A DNA stretch of 64,000 nucleotides from an uncultured Porphyromonas sp. (GTDB lineage Bacteria; Bacteroidota; Bacteroidia; Bacteroidales; Porphyromonadaceae): NCBI RefSeq assembly GCF_938023125.1, contig NZ_CALHDW010000017.1, positions 218,289 through 282,288 on the forward strand. Reading direction: 5' to 3'. The first letter of the stretch is position 1. The number at the start of each line of letters is the position of its first letter. Positions 9,793-19,152 of the stretch are shown one piece after another. Under the pieces are notes generated by a model, which was given only the letters and a program-made list of their open reading frames with translations, searched no databases and had not been told where the DNA came from. The position numbers and the translations under genes were made by a program.

Positions 9793-10983
9793 TTAGTGAG
9801 GTAACACCCCATTTTTTACAAAGACCTTATGGAGTTTGTCTATCGCAAAGTCCAGTTGCTCCTTGGTATGCGTAGCCATAAGGCTAAAGCGGATAAGGGT
9901 ATCCTCGGGTGCTACGGCCGGAGAAACAACAGGATTTACGAACACGCCCTCTTCGAAAACATCGCGTGTAATGCAGAAGGTAGCTTCGTTGTTACGGATA
10001 AAGAGAGGAATAATGGGGGTAGAAGTATTACCAATCTCGAAGCCTAGAGCGCGGAAGCGATCAAGCGCATACTTCGTAAGCTCCCAAAGATGATCCAAAC
10101 GCTCGGGTTCGCTCAACATGATATCCAGAGCGGCTCCGGCGGCGGCCGTAGAGGCAGGTGTGCAGCTAGCACTAAAGATATAGCTACGAGCGTGGTGGCG
10201 AAGGTAGTTGATCAGGATCTTATCTCCGGCAATAAAGCCGCCTAACGAGGCGAACGACTTGCTGAATGTACCCATGATAAGATCTACCTTATCGGTGAGG
10301 CCGTAGTGGTTGCACACCCCACGACCATTTTGCCCCAGTACCCCAAATCCATGTGCCTCGTCCACCATTATGGTAGCATTGTAGCGCTCGGCGAGCTTTA
10401 CAATCTCGGGGAGATTACATACGTCCCCCTCCATAGAAAACACACCATCCACAACGATAAGCTTGACCTTATCGGGGGCACACTGAGCTAGGCGACGCTC
10501 GAGCGATGCCATATCGTTATGGCGGAATTTAAGGGACTTGGCAAAGGAGAGACGCATCCCTTCAATGATGGAAGCGTGATCCAATTCGTCCCAGATTATA
10601 TAGTCTTCTCTGCCTAGGAGACAAGATACAACGCCAAGGTTTACTTGGAAGCCCGTAGAGAAGATAATGGCGTCATCTTTGCCCACAAACTGAGCCAATC
10701 GCTGCTCCAACTCGAGGTGGGAGTCGAGCGTTCCGTTTAGGAAACGACTGCCGGCACACCCCGTTCCATACTTCTCAGTAGCTGCAATGGCAGCCTCTTT
10801 GAGTTTGGGGTGGTTAGTCAGTCCCAGATAAGCATTAGAGCCAAACATGAGTACACGACGGCCATCAATAATCACCTCTGTATCTTGCTCGGACTCAATT
10901 TTTCGGAAGTAAGGGTAGATACCCTTGGCTTGTGCCTCCTGAGGGGCTGTATAGTGTGCTAATTTCTCCTGAAGTAGGTGCAT
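9793..10983 (-). CDS. spt: serine palmitoyltransferase / alpha-oxoamine synthase family (PLP-dependent; 8-amino-7-oxononanoate synthase-like)
   Basis: 396 aa. MHLLQEKLAHYT..YPYFRKIES....LMFGSNAYLGL, plus GTFSKSFASLGGF (PLP-Lys region) and DEAHGFGVLG, are typical of Bacteroidota Spt / KBL / BioF family enzymes. The choice of Spt over BioF or Kbl is by context and overall resemblance, not by any search. Confidence 0.75.
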   Translation of the reverse strand: MHLLQEKLAHYTAPQEAQAKGIYPYFRKIESEQDTEVIIDGRRVLMFGSNAYLGLTNHPKLKEAAIAATEKYGTGCAGSRFLNGTLDSHLELEQRLAQFVGKDDAIIFSTGFQVNLGVVSCLLGREDYIIWDELDHASIIEGMRLSFAKSLKFRHNDMASLERRLAQCAPDKVKLIVVDGVFSMEGDVCNLPEIVKLAERYNATIMVDEAHGFGVLGQNGRGVCNHYGLTDKVDLIMGTFSKSFASLGGFIAGDKILINYLRHHARSYIFSASCTPASTAAAGAALDIMLSEPERLDHLWELTKYALDRFRALGFEIGNTSTPIIPLFIRNNEATFCITRDVFEEGVFVNPVVSPAVAPEDTLIRFSLMATHTKEQLDFAIDKLHKVFVKNGVLPH

Positions 10984-11004
10984 ATAGAGAGATTAAGTTA
11001 CTTT

Positions 11005-11901
11005 CTATTTGGATATAGGCATAGCCTCTCGGAGGGGATCCGCATTTTGCAAGCCACAAGCGCCTGCATCGGTATTAGAGAGCTCCCCCGCTTGCTTTAA
11101 ACCATTATGTTGCAAAGACTTTAGGAAGTCCTCATCAGCCTCAATCGCCTCTAGGGCAAGTTTGGCAGCTCCCTGCTCCGAACCCTTTTTTGTGGAGCCT
11201 TTGCTGTGGCCCATAGGCTGATTGTCTAAGAATACTTGTGAGACGAAATAACCGCGAGGCCCCGGTGCGTGAGCGATAAGACGGAACTCTACCGTGCACT
11301 TATTCCTGAGACCCCACTCGATGAGTTTATTCTTGAAATTGGTCCCGAGATCGGGCTGCGTCTCACTGATTTCTCGATAAATCCCGAGCATTTTGTGATT
11401 GACAAACTGATGGGCGTAGTCGAATCCTCGATCTAAATATATGGCGCCCACAATGGCCTCGAGCGCATTCCCCGGAGCATCCTTTGCCAGGAAATTTTCA
11501 TTCGAGTGCTGTATCAATCCGTCTATGCCCATACGTTTGGCGATGGTATCCCCTATTTTGCGAGAGACAATCCTCGCCTTTTGCTCCGACAAAGCCCCCA
11601 CAGGACTATCGGGATAAGAGCGATAGAGAGTCTCGGAAACCACGGCGCCAATAATGCTGTCTCCTAGGAATTCTAGACGATCGTTGTTGTCGGTATTGGT
11701 TGTTTTGCTCCGCCCAGCAGCACGCTTACCGCCATTACCAGAAGCCGTGGTAGAAGGGTCTATGAGAGCCAACCGGTAGTATTCTTTGTCGCGGATAGCA
11801 AACCCTAGGATTTGCTCCAGCGTCTTCCAATCCGGCTCAAGCCTCTTTTTCTTCTTCGTCAGTGGAGGAAGGATTCGTGAGAGGAGGGCTGAAAAAAGCA
11901 T
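11005..11901 (-). CDS. rnc: ribonuclease III
   Basis: Start at internal ATG (complement of 11899-11901; MLFSALLSRIL...). The RNase III signature ERLEFLGDSIIGAVVSETLY and DAPGNALEAIVGAIYLD are present, with a dsRBD and a C-terminal extension. Confidence 0.9.
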   Translation of the reverse strand: MLFSALLSRILPPLTKKKKRLEPDWKTLEQILGFAIRDKEYYRLALIDPSTTASGNGGKRAAGRSKTTNTDNNDRLEFLGDSIIGAVVSETLYRSYPDSPVGALSEQKARIVSRKIGDTIAKRMGIDGLIQHSNENFLAKDAPGNALEAIVGAIYLDRGFDYAHQFVNHKMLGIYREISETQPDLGTNFKNKLIEWGLRNKCTVEFRLIAHAPGPRGYFVSQVFLDNQPMGHSKGSTKKGSEQGAAKLALEAIEADEDFLKSLQHNGLKQAGELSNTDAGACGLQNADPLREAMPISK

Positions 11902-12116
11902 GTGTAGACAGTGAAAATCGGCTACGTATTCCTTGTTAGGAGGTTGATGTAGAGAGTGTGGTTGATGCTGAGAAAAGTAGATGGGAATACCACAAAACAA
12001 GAGGGATACCCTAAGGGACTTGAGCCACTAACTAAGATGGTCAAAGCCTCCGAGTATCCCTCTCTCTAATGTGATATTACGACATTGTGCGCTTCTTTTT
12101 AGTAAGAAATCGGAAG

Positions 12117-13373
12117 TTATTTACCAGCGTATTTCTTGAAAAGAACGCAAGCATTGTGACCACCAAAGCCAAATGTATTAGACATGGCAGCACGCACGGT
12201 GCGGTGGCAAGGCTTGTCGAATGTATAGTTGAGCGCAGGGAATTCCGGGTCCTCGTCGTCCGGCTGATGGTTGATCGTGGGAGGAATAACATCCTCGCAA
12301 ACCGACTTCACAGCAACAAGGGCTTCGAGAGCTCCCGTGGCTCCTAAGAGGTGGCCGGTCATCGACTTTGTAGAGCTGATGTTGAGCTTTTTAGCTTCAT
12401 CACCAAACACAGCCGTGATGGCCTTCACTTCGCTAATATCTCCTACGGGCGTGCTCGTTCCGTGCACGTTGATGTAATCTACATCACCGGGCTTGAGGTT
12501 GGCATCCTCTAGCGTGCGCTGCATCACGAGCTTTGCGCCAAGCCCCTCGGGGTGGCTCGCTGTGAGGTGATGCGCATCGGCAGAGAGTCCAAAACCGCCA
12601 AACTCTGCATAGATCTTAGCTCCACGAGCCAAAGCATGCTCTAGCTCTTCGAGGATCAAGATACTACTCCCCTCCCCTAGTACAAAGCCATCGCGGCTCT
12701 TACTAAAGGGACGGCTCGCTGTCTCAGGGCTATCGTTGCGCGTAGAGAGGGCATTCATAGCGTTGAATCCACCAATACCGGCAACAGTAACAGCCGCTTC
12801 ACTACCCCCGGCTACCATTACATCTGCCTTACCAAGACGAATCATGATAGCGGCATCGATGATAGCATTGGTAGACGAGGCACAAGCCGAAGCTACCGAG
12901 TAGTTGGGGCCATTAAAGCCGTATTGAATAGAAACAAGCCCCGCAGCAATATCCGAGATCATCTTGGGGATGAAAAACGGATTGAAGCGCGGTCCCTTCT
13001 CAGGGCTATAGTCCATCACCTCCTGCTCAAAGGTCTCGAGACCTCCGATACCGGCTGAGATGATTACCCCTACACGCTCAAGATCTGTCTTCTCGAGGTC
13101 GAGACCAGAATCTTCGAGAGCCTCTTTGGCAGCAACCAAAGCGAACTGTGTGTAGCGGTCGTAGCGGCGAGCTTCTTTGCGATCGAAGTGATCGTTGGGA
13201 TTAAATCCCTTCACTTCGCAGGCAAACTGCGTCTTAAACTGAGACGCATCGAAGAGGGTGATAGGACCGGCACCGCTCTTCCCCTGGAGGAGACTTTCCC
13301 ACGTCTCAGACACACTATTACCCACAGGGGTAAGTGCTCCAAGACCCGTGACAACAACTCTCTTAAACTCCAT
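12117..13373 (-). CDS. fabF: beta-ketoacyl-[acyl-carrier-protein] synthase II
   Basis: 418 aa. MEFKRVVVTGLGALTPVGN..., active-site region ASACASSTNAI, and the HGTSTPVGD / NTFGFGGHNA motifs. Confidence 0.95.
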   Translation of the reverse strand: MEFKRVVVTGLGALTPVGNSVSETWESLLQGKSGAGPITLFDASQFKTQFACEVKGFNPNDHFDRKEARRYDRYTQFALVAAKEALEDSGLDLEKTDLERVGVIISAGIGGLETFEQEVMDYSPEKGPRFNPFFIPKMISDIAAGLVSIQYGFNGPNYSVASACASSTNAIIDAAIMIRLGKADVMVAGGSEAAVTVAGIGGFNAMNALSTRNDSPETASRPFSKSRDGFVLGEGSSILILEELEHALARGAKIYAEFGGFGLSADAHHLTASHPEGLGAKLVMQRTLEDANLKPGDVDYINVHGTSTPVGDISEVKAITAVFGDEAKKLNISSTKSMTGHLLGATGALEALVAVKSVCEDVIPPTINHQPDDEDPEFPALNYTFDKPCHRTVRAAMSNTFGFGGHNACVLFKKYAGK

Positions 13374-13380
13374 GGCGAGA

Positions 13381-13617
13381 TTATGCCTTGTGACTTTCGA
13401 TGTAGTTGATAGCGTCGCCTACAGTCTTGATAGTCTGAGCTTCTTCGTCGGGGATCGTCATATCGAATTCCTTTTCGAAGCCCATCATGAGTTCTACAGT
13501 ATCGAGAGAGTCTGCACCAAGGTCGTTGGCGAAACTTGCCTCACGGGTTACTTCACTAGCATCTACACCAAGTTTGTCTACGATGAGTTCGATTACTTTT
13601 GCTTCAATTTCGTTCAT
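13381..13617 (-). CDS. acpP: acyl carrier protein
   Basis: 78 aa with the phosphopantetheine attachment motif [12 protein letters not shown]. It sits 7 nt upstream of fabF. Confidence 0.95.
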   Translation of the reverse strand: MNEIEAKVIELIVDKLGVDASEVTREASFANDLGADSLDTVELMMGFEKEFDMTIPDEEAQTIKTVGDAINYIESHKA

Positions 13618-13798
13618 TGTCTTACTCTATTAGAGGGTTTATACTATTTATTTTGGGTGCAAAAATCGCGCGTTTCGCACTATCTTTGCAGCAAAGATAG
13701 GTATTACTACCTAGGAACTCGATCCTCTTTGCGAGGGCAAATATACAATGTTTCTGCACAACACAATACAGTTTGTGCGGATTTTTGACTAAAAAAGA

Positions 13799-14380
13799 AT
13801 GATACGAATAGCAATACTCGCTAGCGGTAATGGCTCGAATGCAGAAAATCTGATCCTACAACAACCCTCCGAACTGCTCCAATACCCCCTAATTATTACG
13901 GACAATGCACAGGCCGGAGTGCTCCAAAGAGCCGAAAGATTGGGAGTAGCGACTCACGTTTTCAGCCGTGCCGACTTCCGCGAAGGTAGTGCCGTATTGC
14001 AACTATTGCAAGATGAGAAAATTGATGCCATTGTGCTGGCAGGTTTCCTCTCTCGCATACCCCAAAATATTGTAGAGCACTATCCCTCTCGCATTATCAA
14101 CATACACCCGGCCCTTTTGCCTCGCTTTGGGGGAAAAGGAATGTATGGGCACTTCGTGCACGAGGCCGTACTGGCAGCAGGAGAAGTGGTCTCGGGCATT
14201 ACTATTCATTACGTGGATGCTGAATACGACCATGGGAGTACGCTATGCCAAGCGACCTGCCCCGTCTATCCCTCGGTAGATACCCCCGACTCGCTGGCCG
14301 AGCGCATTCATCACCTCGAGCACCTATACTACCCCGTAGCGGTACGCCAGATGGTACAACGGATGAAAGAAGAGATATGA
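13799..14380 (+). CDS. purN: phosphoribosylglycinamide formyltransferase
   Basis: 193 aa. MIRIAILASGNGSNAENLI..., IINIHPALLP, and the characteristic DHGS region. Confidence 0.85.
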   Translation: MIRIAILASGNGSNAENLILQQPSELLQYPLIITDNAQAGVLQRAERLGVATHVFSRADFREGSAVLQLLQDEKIDAIVLAGFLSRIPQNIVEHYPSRIINIHPALLPRFGGKGMYGHFVHEAVLAAGEVVSGITIHYVDAEYDHGSTLCQATCPVYPSVDTPDSLAERIHHLEHLYYPVAVRQMVQRMKEEI

Positions 14381-15030
14381 CCAAGAAAGAGCGTTTTGAG
14401 GGGATATTGGCGTGGTTCGGAGAGAATATGCCTGTGGCGGAGACAGAGCTACACTACCGGTCGCCTTACGAACTGCTGGTAGCTGTAATGCTCTCTGCAC
14501 AGTGCACCGATAAGCGAGTGAATATGGTTACTCCCGCTCTCTTCGCCGCCCTGCCCACCGTAGAGGCGATGGCGCAAGCGAGCCAAGAGGAGATACTCGC
14601 TCTTATCAAAAGCATCAGCTACCCCAATAGCAAAGCGGAGCACCTAAGCAAAATGGCTCAAAGAGTAGTGCAAACATTCGGCGGCTCCATCCCGGCCACT
14701 CGTGAGGAGCTAATGACCCTCCCCGGGGTAGGACGCAAAACCGCCAACGTGATCCTTGCCGTTCTTTACGACCAACCCACGATGGCCGTTGACACCCATG
14801 TGTTCAGGGTCTCGGAGCGCATTGGTCTAACCACCCGTGCCAAAACGCCCCTCGATACGGAGCTAACCCTCGTGCGTTATATCCCCGCCGAGCTCATCCC
14901 CAAGGCGCACCATTGGCTCATCTTACACGGGCGCTATGTCTGTTTAGCCCGCTCGCCAAAATGCACTTCTTGCGGCATTGCCCCTTGGTGCCGCTATGCA
15001 CAGAAAAACAAACTCACCACAAACCCATAA
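14377..15030 (+). CDS. nth: endonuclease III (DNA glycosylase/AP lyase)
   Basis: Start at ATG 14377, which overlaps the purN stop as ATGA. HhH-GPD motif LPGVGRKTANVIL and the C-terminal 4Fe-4S Cys cluster CLARSPKCTSCGIAPWC. Confidence 0.9.
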   Translation: MTKKERFEGILAWFGENMPVAETELHYRSPYELLVAVMLSAQCTDKRVNMVTPALFAALPTVEAMAQASQEEILALIKSISYPNSKAEHLSKMAQRVVQTFGGSIPATREELMTLPGVGRKTANVILAVLYDQPTMAVDTHVFRVSERIGLTTRAKTPLDTELTLVRYIPAELIPKAHHWLILHGRYVCLARSPKCTSCGIAPWCRYAQKNKLTTNP

Positions 15031-15040
15031 AACTCCCTAC

Positions 15041-15985
15041 ATGAAGCGACTCAAACTCCTCTCCGGCAGTATCTCTCTCGCCCTTCTCTCCCTTGCCCTC
15101 CTCTTTGGTTGTGGCAAAAAAAACTCGAAGGGAAATGATGGGAATCCCGACCGGCAAGAGTTCGCCCTCGGGGTAATGGCTTCGGTCGATTACCTACCCT
15201 TTGCGGTGGCGCTAGACAAAGGCATATACGACTCTCTGGGGCTCGACCTCCGGCTTGAGCACTTTTTCTCTCCCGTAGAGCGCGATGCAGCGCTACAAGG
15301 CGGGGTACTAGACGGCGCCGTTACAGACTATACCTCGGCCGCTCTCCTCAATGCCGCCCAACTGCCCATTGTGCTGGACATGAAATGCGACGGAGCCTTC
15401 CGCCTCATCATTGGGCAGGGCAAGTCGATCGCCACCCTGCAAGATCTCAAAGGCAAGAAGCTGGCACTTAGCAGCAACACGGTGATTGAATACACAACCG
15501 ACATGCTGCTGGCTCAGGCTGGGATTGCACCAGAAGAGGTGGAGAAAGTAGAGATCGTAAAAATCCCCCTCCGCCTAGAGATGCTCCGCAATGGAGAGGT
15601 AGACGCAGCCGTTTTGCCCGAGCCTTTTGCCACCATGGCGCTAGAGAGCGGGCTCACCTCCCTTATTTCTACAAAAGAATTGGGCATTAACCTTACGGGA
15701 ATTGCCCTCACACGCGAGGCTAGCGAACGCAAGGAGGCAGTAAACTTGCTGCATCAAGGATACAACCTAGGGGTACAATACATGCAACAACACCCTAGAG
15801 AAGAGTGGGTAAAGGTACTCATCAGCGAGCTTGGCATCTCCGAGACGGCAGCGCTAGCCATGGAGCTACCCGACTTCACTCCCGTAGCGACCCCCACCCC
15901 TCAAGAGCTAGAGGAGATGAACCGATGGCTCAAGAGTAAAAAACTTGTGGACGAGGGCTACTCCACCCAACAGCTCCTTCCATAA
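15041..15985 (+). CDS. ABC transporter substrate-binding lipoprotein (NitT/TauT / NMT1-like family)
   Basis: Start at MKRLKLLSGSISLALLSLALLFGCGKK (lipobox LFGC). It is followed directly by ABC ATPase and permease genes. Confidence 0.7.
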   Translation: MKRLKLLSGSISLALLSLALLFGCGKKNSKGNDGNPDRQEFALGVMASVDYLPFAVALDKGIYDSLGLDLRLEHFFSPVERDAALQGGVLDGAVTDYTSAALLNAAQLPIVLDMKCDGAFRLIIGQGKSIATLQDLKGKKLALSSNTVIEYTTDMLLAQAGIAPEEVEKVEIVKIPLRLEMLRNGEVDAAVLPEPFATMALESGLTSLISTKELGINLTGIALTREASERKEAVNLLHQGYNLGVQYMQQHPREEWVKVLISELGISETAALAMELPDFTPVATPTPQELEEMNRWLKSKKLVDEGYSTQQLLP

Positions 15986-16005
15986 TCCCCAATCCCCATC
16001 CCTGT

Positions 16006-16707
16006 ATGGAGGCTCTCACTGCCCGGCACCTCTCCCTCTCCTACGGACATGGTGCCAACAATGCCTTGGCTGTAGAGGATATAAACCTCAGCATCCCTCG
16101 GGGGGAGATCTGTGCTTTGGCAGGATCTTCGGGGAGCGGTAAGTCTTCTCTGATGCGTATTTTCGCAGGACTAATGCCCCCAACCCAAGGAGTTGTACAG
16201 ATTTTTGGAGAGGTCCCCAACCCCAAGCGCCATCGTTTGGCATTTGTTCCTCAGAACTATGGCCTCCTAGCTTGGAAGCGAGTGCGGGAGAATATCCTAC
16301 TACCGGCGCACCTTGGGCACGACATTGTAGACCCCGACTTTTTCGAGGAAATTGTGCACGTGCTGGGGCTAAACACCCTCCTAAGGCGTTACCCTCAGAC
16401 CCTTAGTGGAGGAGAGCGACAGAGGGTTGCCTTGGCAAGAGCCTTTGTAATGAAGCCCGATCTTCTGCTCCTCGATGAGCCCTTCTCCGCCCTCGACATG
16501 GCAACGGCAGAGCGCAGCTATGCTCTATTTCTCAGTCTGCTCGCGGAGTTCCCTACTACTTGCCTCTTTGTAACACATAACCCCAGAGAGGCAGCACTGC
16601 TGGCCCATCACGTTCTACTCATAGGGGGGAAGCCGGGAAAAATCATTGCCGACCTACATGCCCCCACAGAGCAGGAGATCCGTACCCTATTGACCCAGTT
16701 AGCCTAA
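16006..16707 (+). CDS. ABC transporter ATP-binding protein (NitT/TauT family)
   Basis: Walker A GSSGSGKSSL, signature LSGGERQRVALARA, and Walker B LLLLDEPFSALD. Confidence 0.85.
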   Translation: MEALTARHLSLSYGHGANNALAVEDINLSIPRGEICALAGSSGSGKSSLMRIFAGLMPPTQGVVQIFGEVPNPKRHRLAFVPQNYGLLAWKRVRENILLPAHLGHDIVDPDFFEEIVHVLGLNTLLRRYPQTLSGGERQRVALARAFVMKPDLLLLDEPFSALDMATAERSYALFLSLLAEFPTTCLFVTHNPREAALLAHHVLLIGGKPGKIIADLHAPTEQEIRTLLTQLA

Positions 16708-16712
16708 CCCTC

Positions 16713-17471
16713 ATGCCCAATCAGTCTCTTTTTGTACGCTTAGGATACATCCTCTTGGGGGCACTCTTGCTTCACCTTCTTTGGGCTACCCTTTCCCTTG
16801 TCATGCAAAAGGCACTCCTCCCCTCCCCTTGGGCTGTGTATGCCCACATGCCTACGGCTTGGCAAGAGGGTATGGCCGGGCACCTCATGGCTAGCCTTGG
16901 CCGCATTGTCGTGGGCCTAGCACTCGCCCTCCTTATGGCGCTCCTTATTGCTCTTGCGATGCACCGCTACCGGCACTTTGGCAAGGTCTTCGATGCCTTT
17001 ATCTACTTTTCCTACCCCATTCCCAAGCTCGCGTTGCTTCCTATTGTCATGCTCTTGGGGGGACTTGGAGAGAGTACAAAAATTATCATGATCCTCCTAA
17101 TCGTACTCTTCCAGCTCATAGTTTCTCTACGCGATGCCCTTGCTGCCATCCCCAAAGACAACTACATTGTGATGCATTCACTCGGGGCTTCGACGCCGGC
17201 CATGCTGCGCCATCTTTTACTACCGGCTCTTGTACCTGCCCTGCTTTCGGCTCTGCGCATAGCTATAGGCACCGCTGTCTCTGTGCTCTTTGTTACGGAG
17301 ACATACGGCACCTCGCGGGGTATGGGGTACTATATAGTTAATGCTTGGATGCGAGTAGACTACCTCGATATGTATGCCGGCATCGCCTTCTTGGGAGCTA
17401 CGGGCTTCCTACTTTTTGTGCTTACCGACTGCGCGGAGTATCTCTTAGCCCCTTGGCGACGCGCTCAGTAG
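16713..17471 (+). CDS. ABC transporter permease (BPD_transp_1 type)
   Basis: 252 aa, polytopic and hydrophobic, and the third gene of the ABC operon. Confidence 0.75.
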   Translation: MPNQSLFVRLGYILLGALLLHLLWATLSLVMQKALLPSPWAVYAHMPTAWQEGMAGHLMASLGRIVVGLALALLMALLIALAMHRYRHFGKVFDAFIYFSYPIPKLALLPIVMLLGGLGESTKIIMILLIVLFQLIVSLRDALAAIPKDNYIVMHSLGASTPAMLRHLLLPALVPALLSALRIAIGTAVSVLFVTETYGTSRGMGYYIVNAWMRVDYLDMYAGIAFLGATGFLLFVLTDCAEYLLAPWRRAQ

Positions 17472-17479
17472 AAGTAGCC

Positions 17480-18181
17480 TTACCCTTCTATTCCGGGAGA
17501 AGTCTCCCCTGCCACCTTCTCATTGACTCGGCGGTAAAGTTCCTCGATATTCTCATCTCGATGCTCCAAAAAGAACACCTGATTACGATCCGCAAGCCTC
17601 TGATGCAGCTGATGGAGTACAATCTTCTGCGGCAGGGAGATCGCCGAGAAGAATACCGTAACAATCTTTTTGAGCTCGGGGAATAACCTCATCACCTCAC
17701 CACGCCCCTTATCCGTGATGGAGACGTAGAAACTTCTATGGTCCTCCTCATTTACATGCTGCTCTATAAGGCCGCTCCGCAAGAGACGGTTGATCACCTC
17801 CGTACCGCTTGTTTTTTCCATCACATTGAGGTTGTTTAGCTCGGTCTTGGTCATCATGGGTATCCTCAGAAGGCACACCAAATAGGTATAATCCTCCATC
17901 GTAATAACCGACTTATTGGAGCGTAAGGCCTTCCTAAAATAGCCTCGCATATAGCGGTATAGGTGACTAATCTCACGAGCCATGGCCGCCTCGAGGAGCA
18001 CCTCATCTTGCTCAGTCCGGGGGAATTCTTGTCCCTCAGGAAGGTTATCGGCTCGGTAGCGTACTCGCTCACTTAGGAAGGCAGCAAAGGAGGCGAGATC
18101 GGTCTCTTCTCCTTCGGGACAGATGGCTCCGTACGCCTCTAGCTCGGGCAAAAGTTGCGCTATCAATTGGTATGAGTTCAT
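17480..18181 (-). CDS. MarR-family winged-helix transcriptional regulator with N- and C-terminal extensions
   Basis: The central region ...MTKTELNNLNVMEKTSGTEVINRLLRSGLIEQHVNEEDHRSFYVSITDKGR resembles a MarR wHTH. It is the last gene of the rarA-M48 operon. Confidence 0.5.
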   Translation of the reverse strand: MNSYQLIAQLLPELEAYGAICPEGEETDLASFAAFLSERVRYRADNLPEGQEFPRTEQDEVLLEAAMAREISHLYRYMRGYFRKALRSNKSVITMEDYTYLVCLLRIPMMTKTELNNLNVMEKTSGTEVINRLLRSGLIEQHVNEEDHRSFYVSITDKGRGEVMRLFPELKKIVTVFFSAISLPQKIVLHQLHQRLADRNQVFFLEHRDENIEELYRRVNEKVAGETSPGIEG

Positions 18182-18211
18182 GAGAGATCAGGGGGATAAA
18201 AGGGCGAAAAT

Positions 18212-19144
18212 TTACTTTTTAGAGTTTTTCTTATTCGACTTCTTATTGGTCGTTTTTGAGGTCGTAGGCTTTTTACTCTCGGTGGGAGTAGAGGGCTTTT
18301 GGGGCTGGGCCGGCTTATGCTGGGCCAGGTACTCCTGATAGTAGGGCAGAGCCTTGGGCAGGTACTCCCCGATAGCCTTGATACGATTAGCATCGCTGGG
18401 GTGCGTGCTCAATAGCTCCGAAGTAGAGCCTCCGCCCTGCTGCGCCATTTTCTTCCAAAAGCTGATTGCCTGTTCGGGGTTATAGCCCGCCATGGCCATA
18501 AATACAAGCCCTATTTGGTCGGCTTCGTGCTCCTGCTTACGACTATAGGGTAGCGAAACAAGTACTTGCGAACCCAAGCCGTAAGCCTGCTGTATCACGG
18601 TATTGGTGATAGCGGAGGTAGAACCAACGGCAGAGACAAGCACTCGACCTCCCATCTGACGCAGGATCTCGGTGCTGAGTCGCTCATTGCTATGGCGAGC
18701 AATAGCGTGACTTACCTCGTGCGATACGACCGTGGCAAGTTCGTCATCGGTAGCACATAGGGGCAAAATACCGGTATAGATAACAATCTTCCCGCCCGGC
18801 ATACAGAAAGCATTGACGCGTCTGTCTGCAATTACCGTAAACTCCCACTTCATCTGCTGGGCAAGGTCGTTAAGGTTATTCTTGCGGAGGTAGCTGGTGG
18901 CAGCATCGGCAACGCGCTGACACACCACCCTCACTCGCTCCACCTGTTTAGGGTCGTCGCTGTGGGGCATCTGCCGCACATACTCGGTGTATTGGGCGGC
19001 ACTCTGTGCTATGATTTGGGATTCCGGAACAAGATTAAGCGACTTTCTCCCCGAGATGGGCACTGTACCGCAAGCCACCCAAAGCAGGGGAAACGCCAGG
19101 GATAAGAGAAGTCGAAGCGAAAAAGCTCGCTGATGTAAGTTCAT
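18212..19144 (-). CDS. M48 family zinc metallopeptidase lipoprotein (BepA/YfgC-like)
   Basis: Signal plus lipobox LLWVACG, and an HExxH zinc site HEVSHAIARH...EHEAD. The C-terminal tail is Lys/Thr/Ser-rich low complexity (KPTTSKTTNKKSNKKNSKK). Confidence 0.8.
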   Translation of the reverse strand: MNLHQRAFSLRLLLSLAFPLLWVACGTVPISGRKSLNLVPESQIIAQSAAQYTEYVRQMPHSDDPKQVERVRVVCQRVADAATSYLRKNNLNDLAQQMKWEFTVIADRRVNAFCMPGGKIVIYTGILPLCATDDELATVVSHEVSHAIARHSNERLSTEILRQMGGRVLVSAVGSTSAITNTVIQQAYGLGSQVLVSLPYSRKQEHEADQIGLVFMAMAGYNPEQAISFWKKMAQQGGGSTSELLSTHPSDANRIKAIGEYLPKALPYYQEYLAQHKPAQPQKPSTPTESKKPTTSKTTNKKSNKKNSKK

Positions 19145-19152
19145 AGTGTTGT

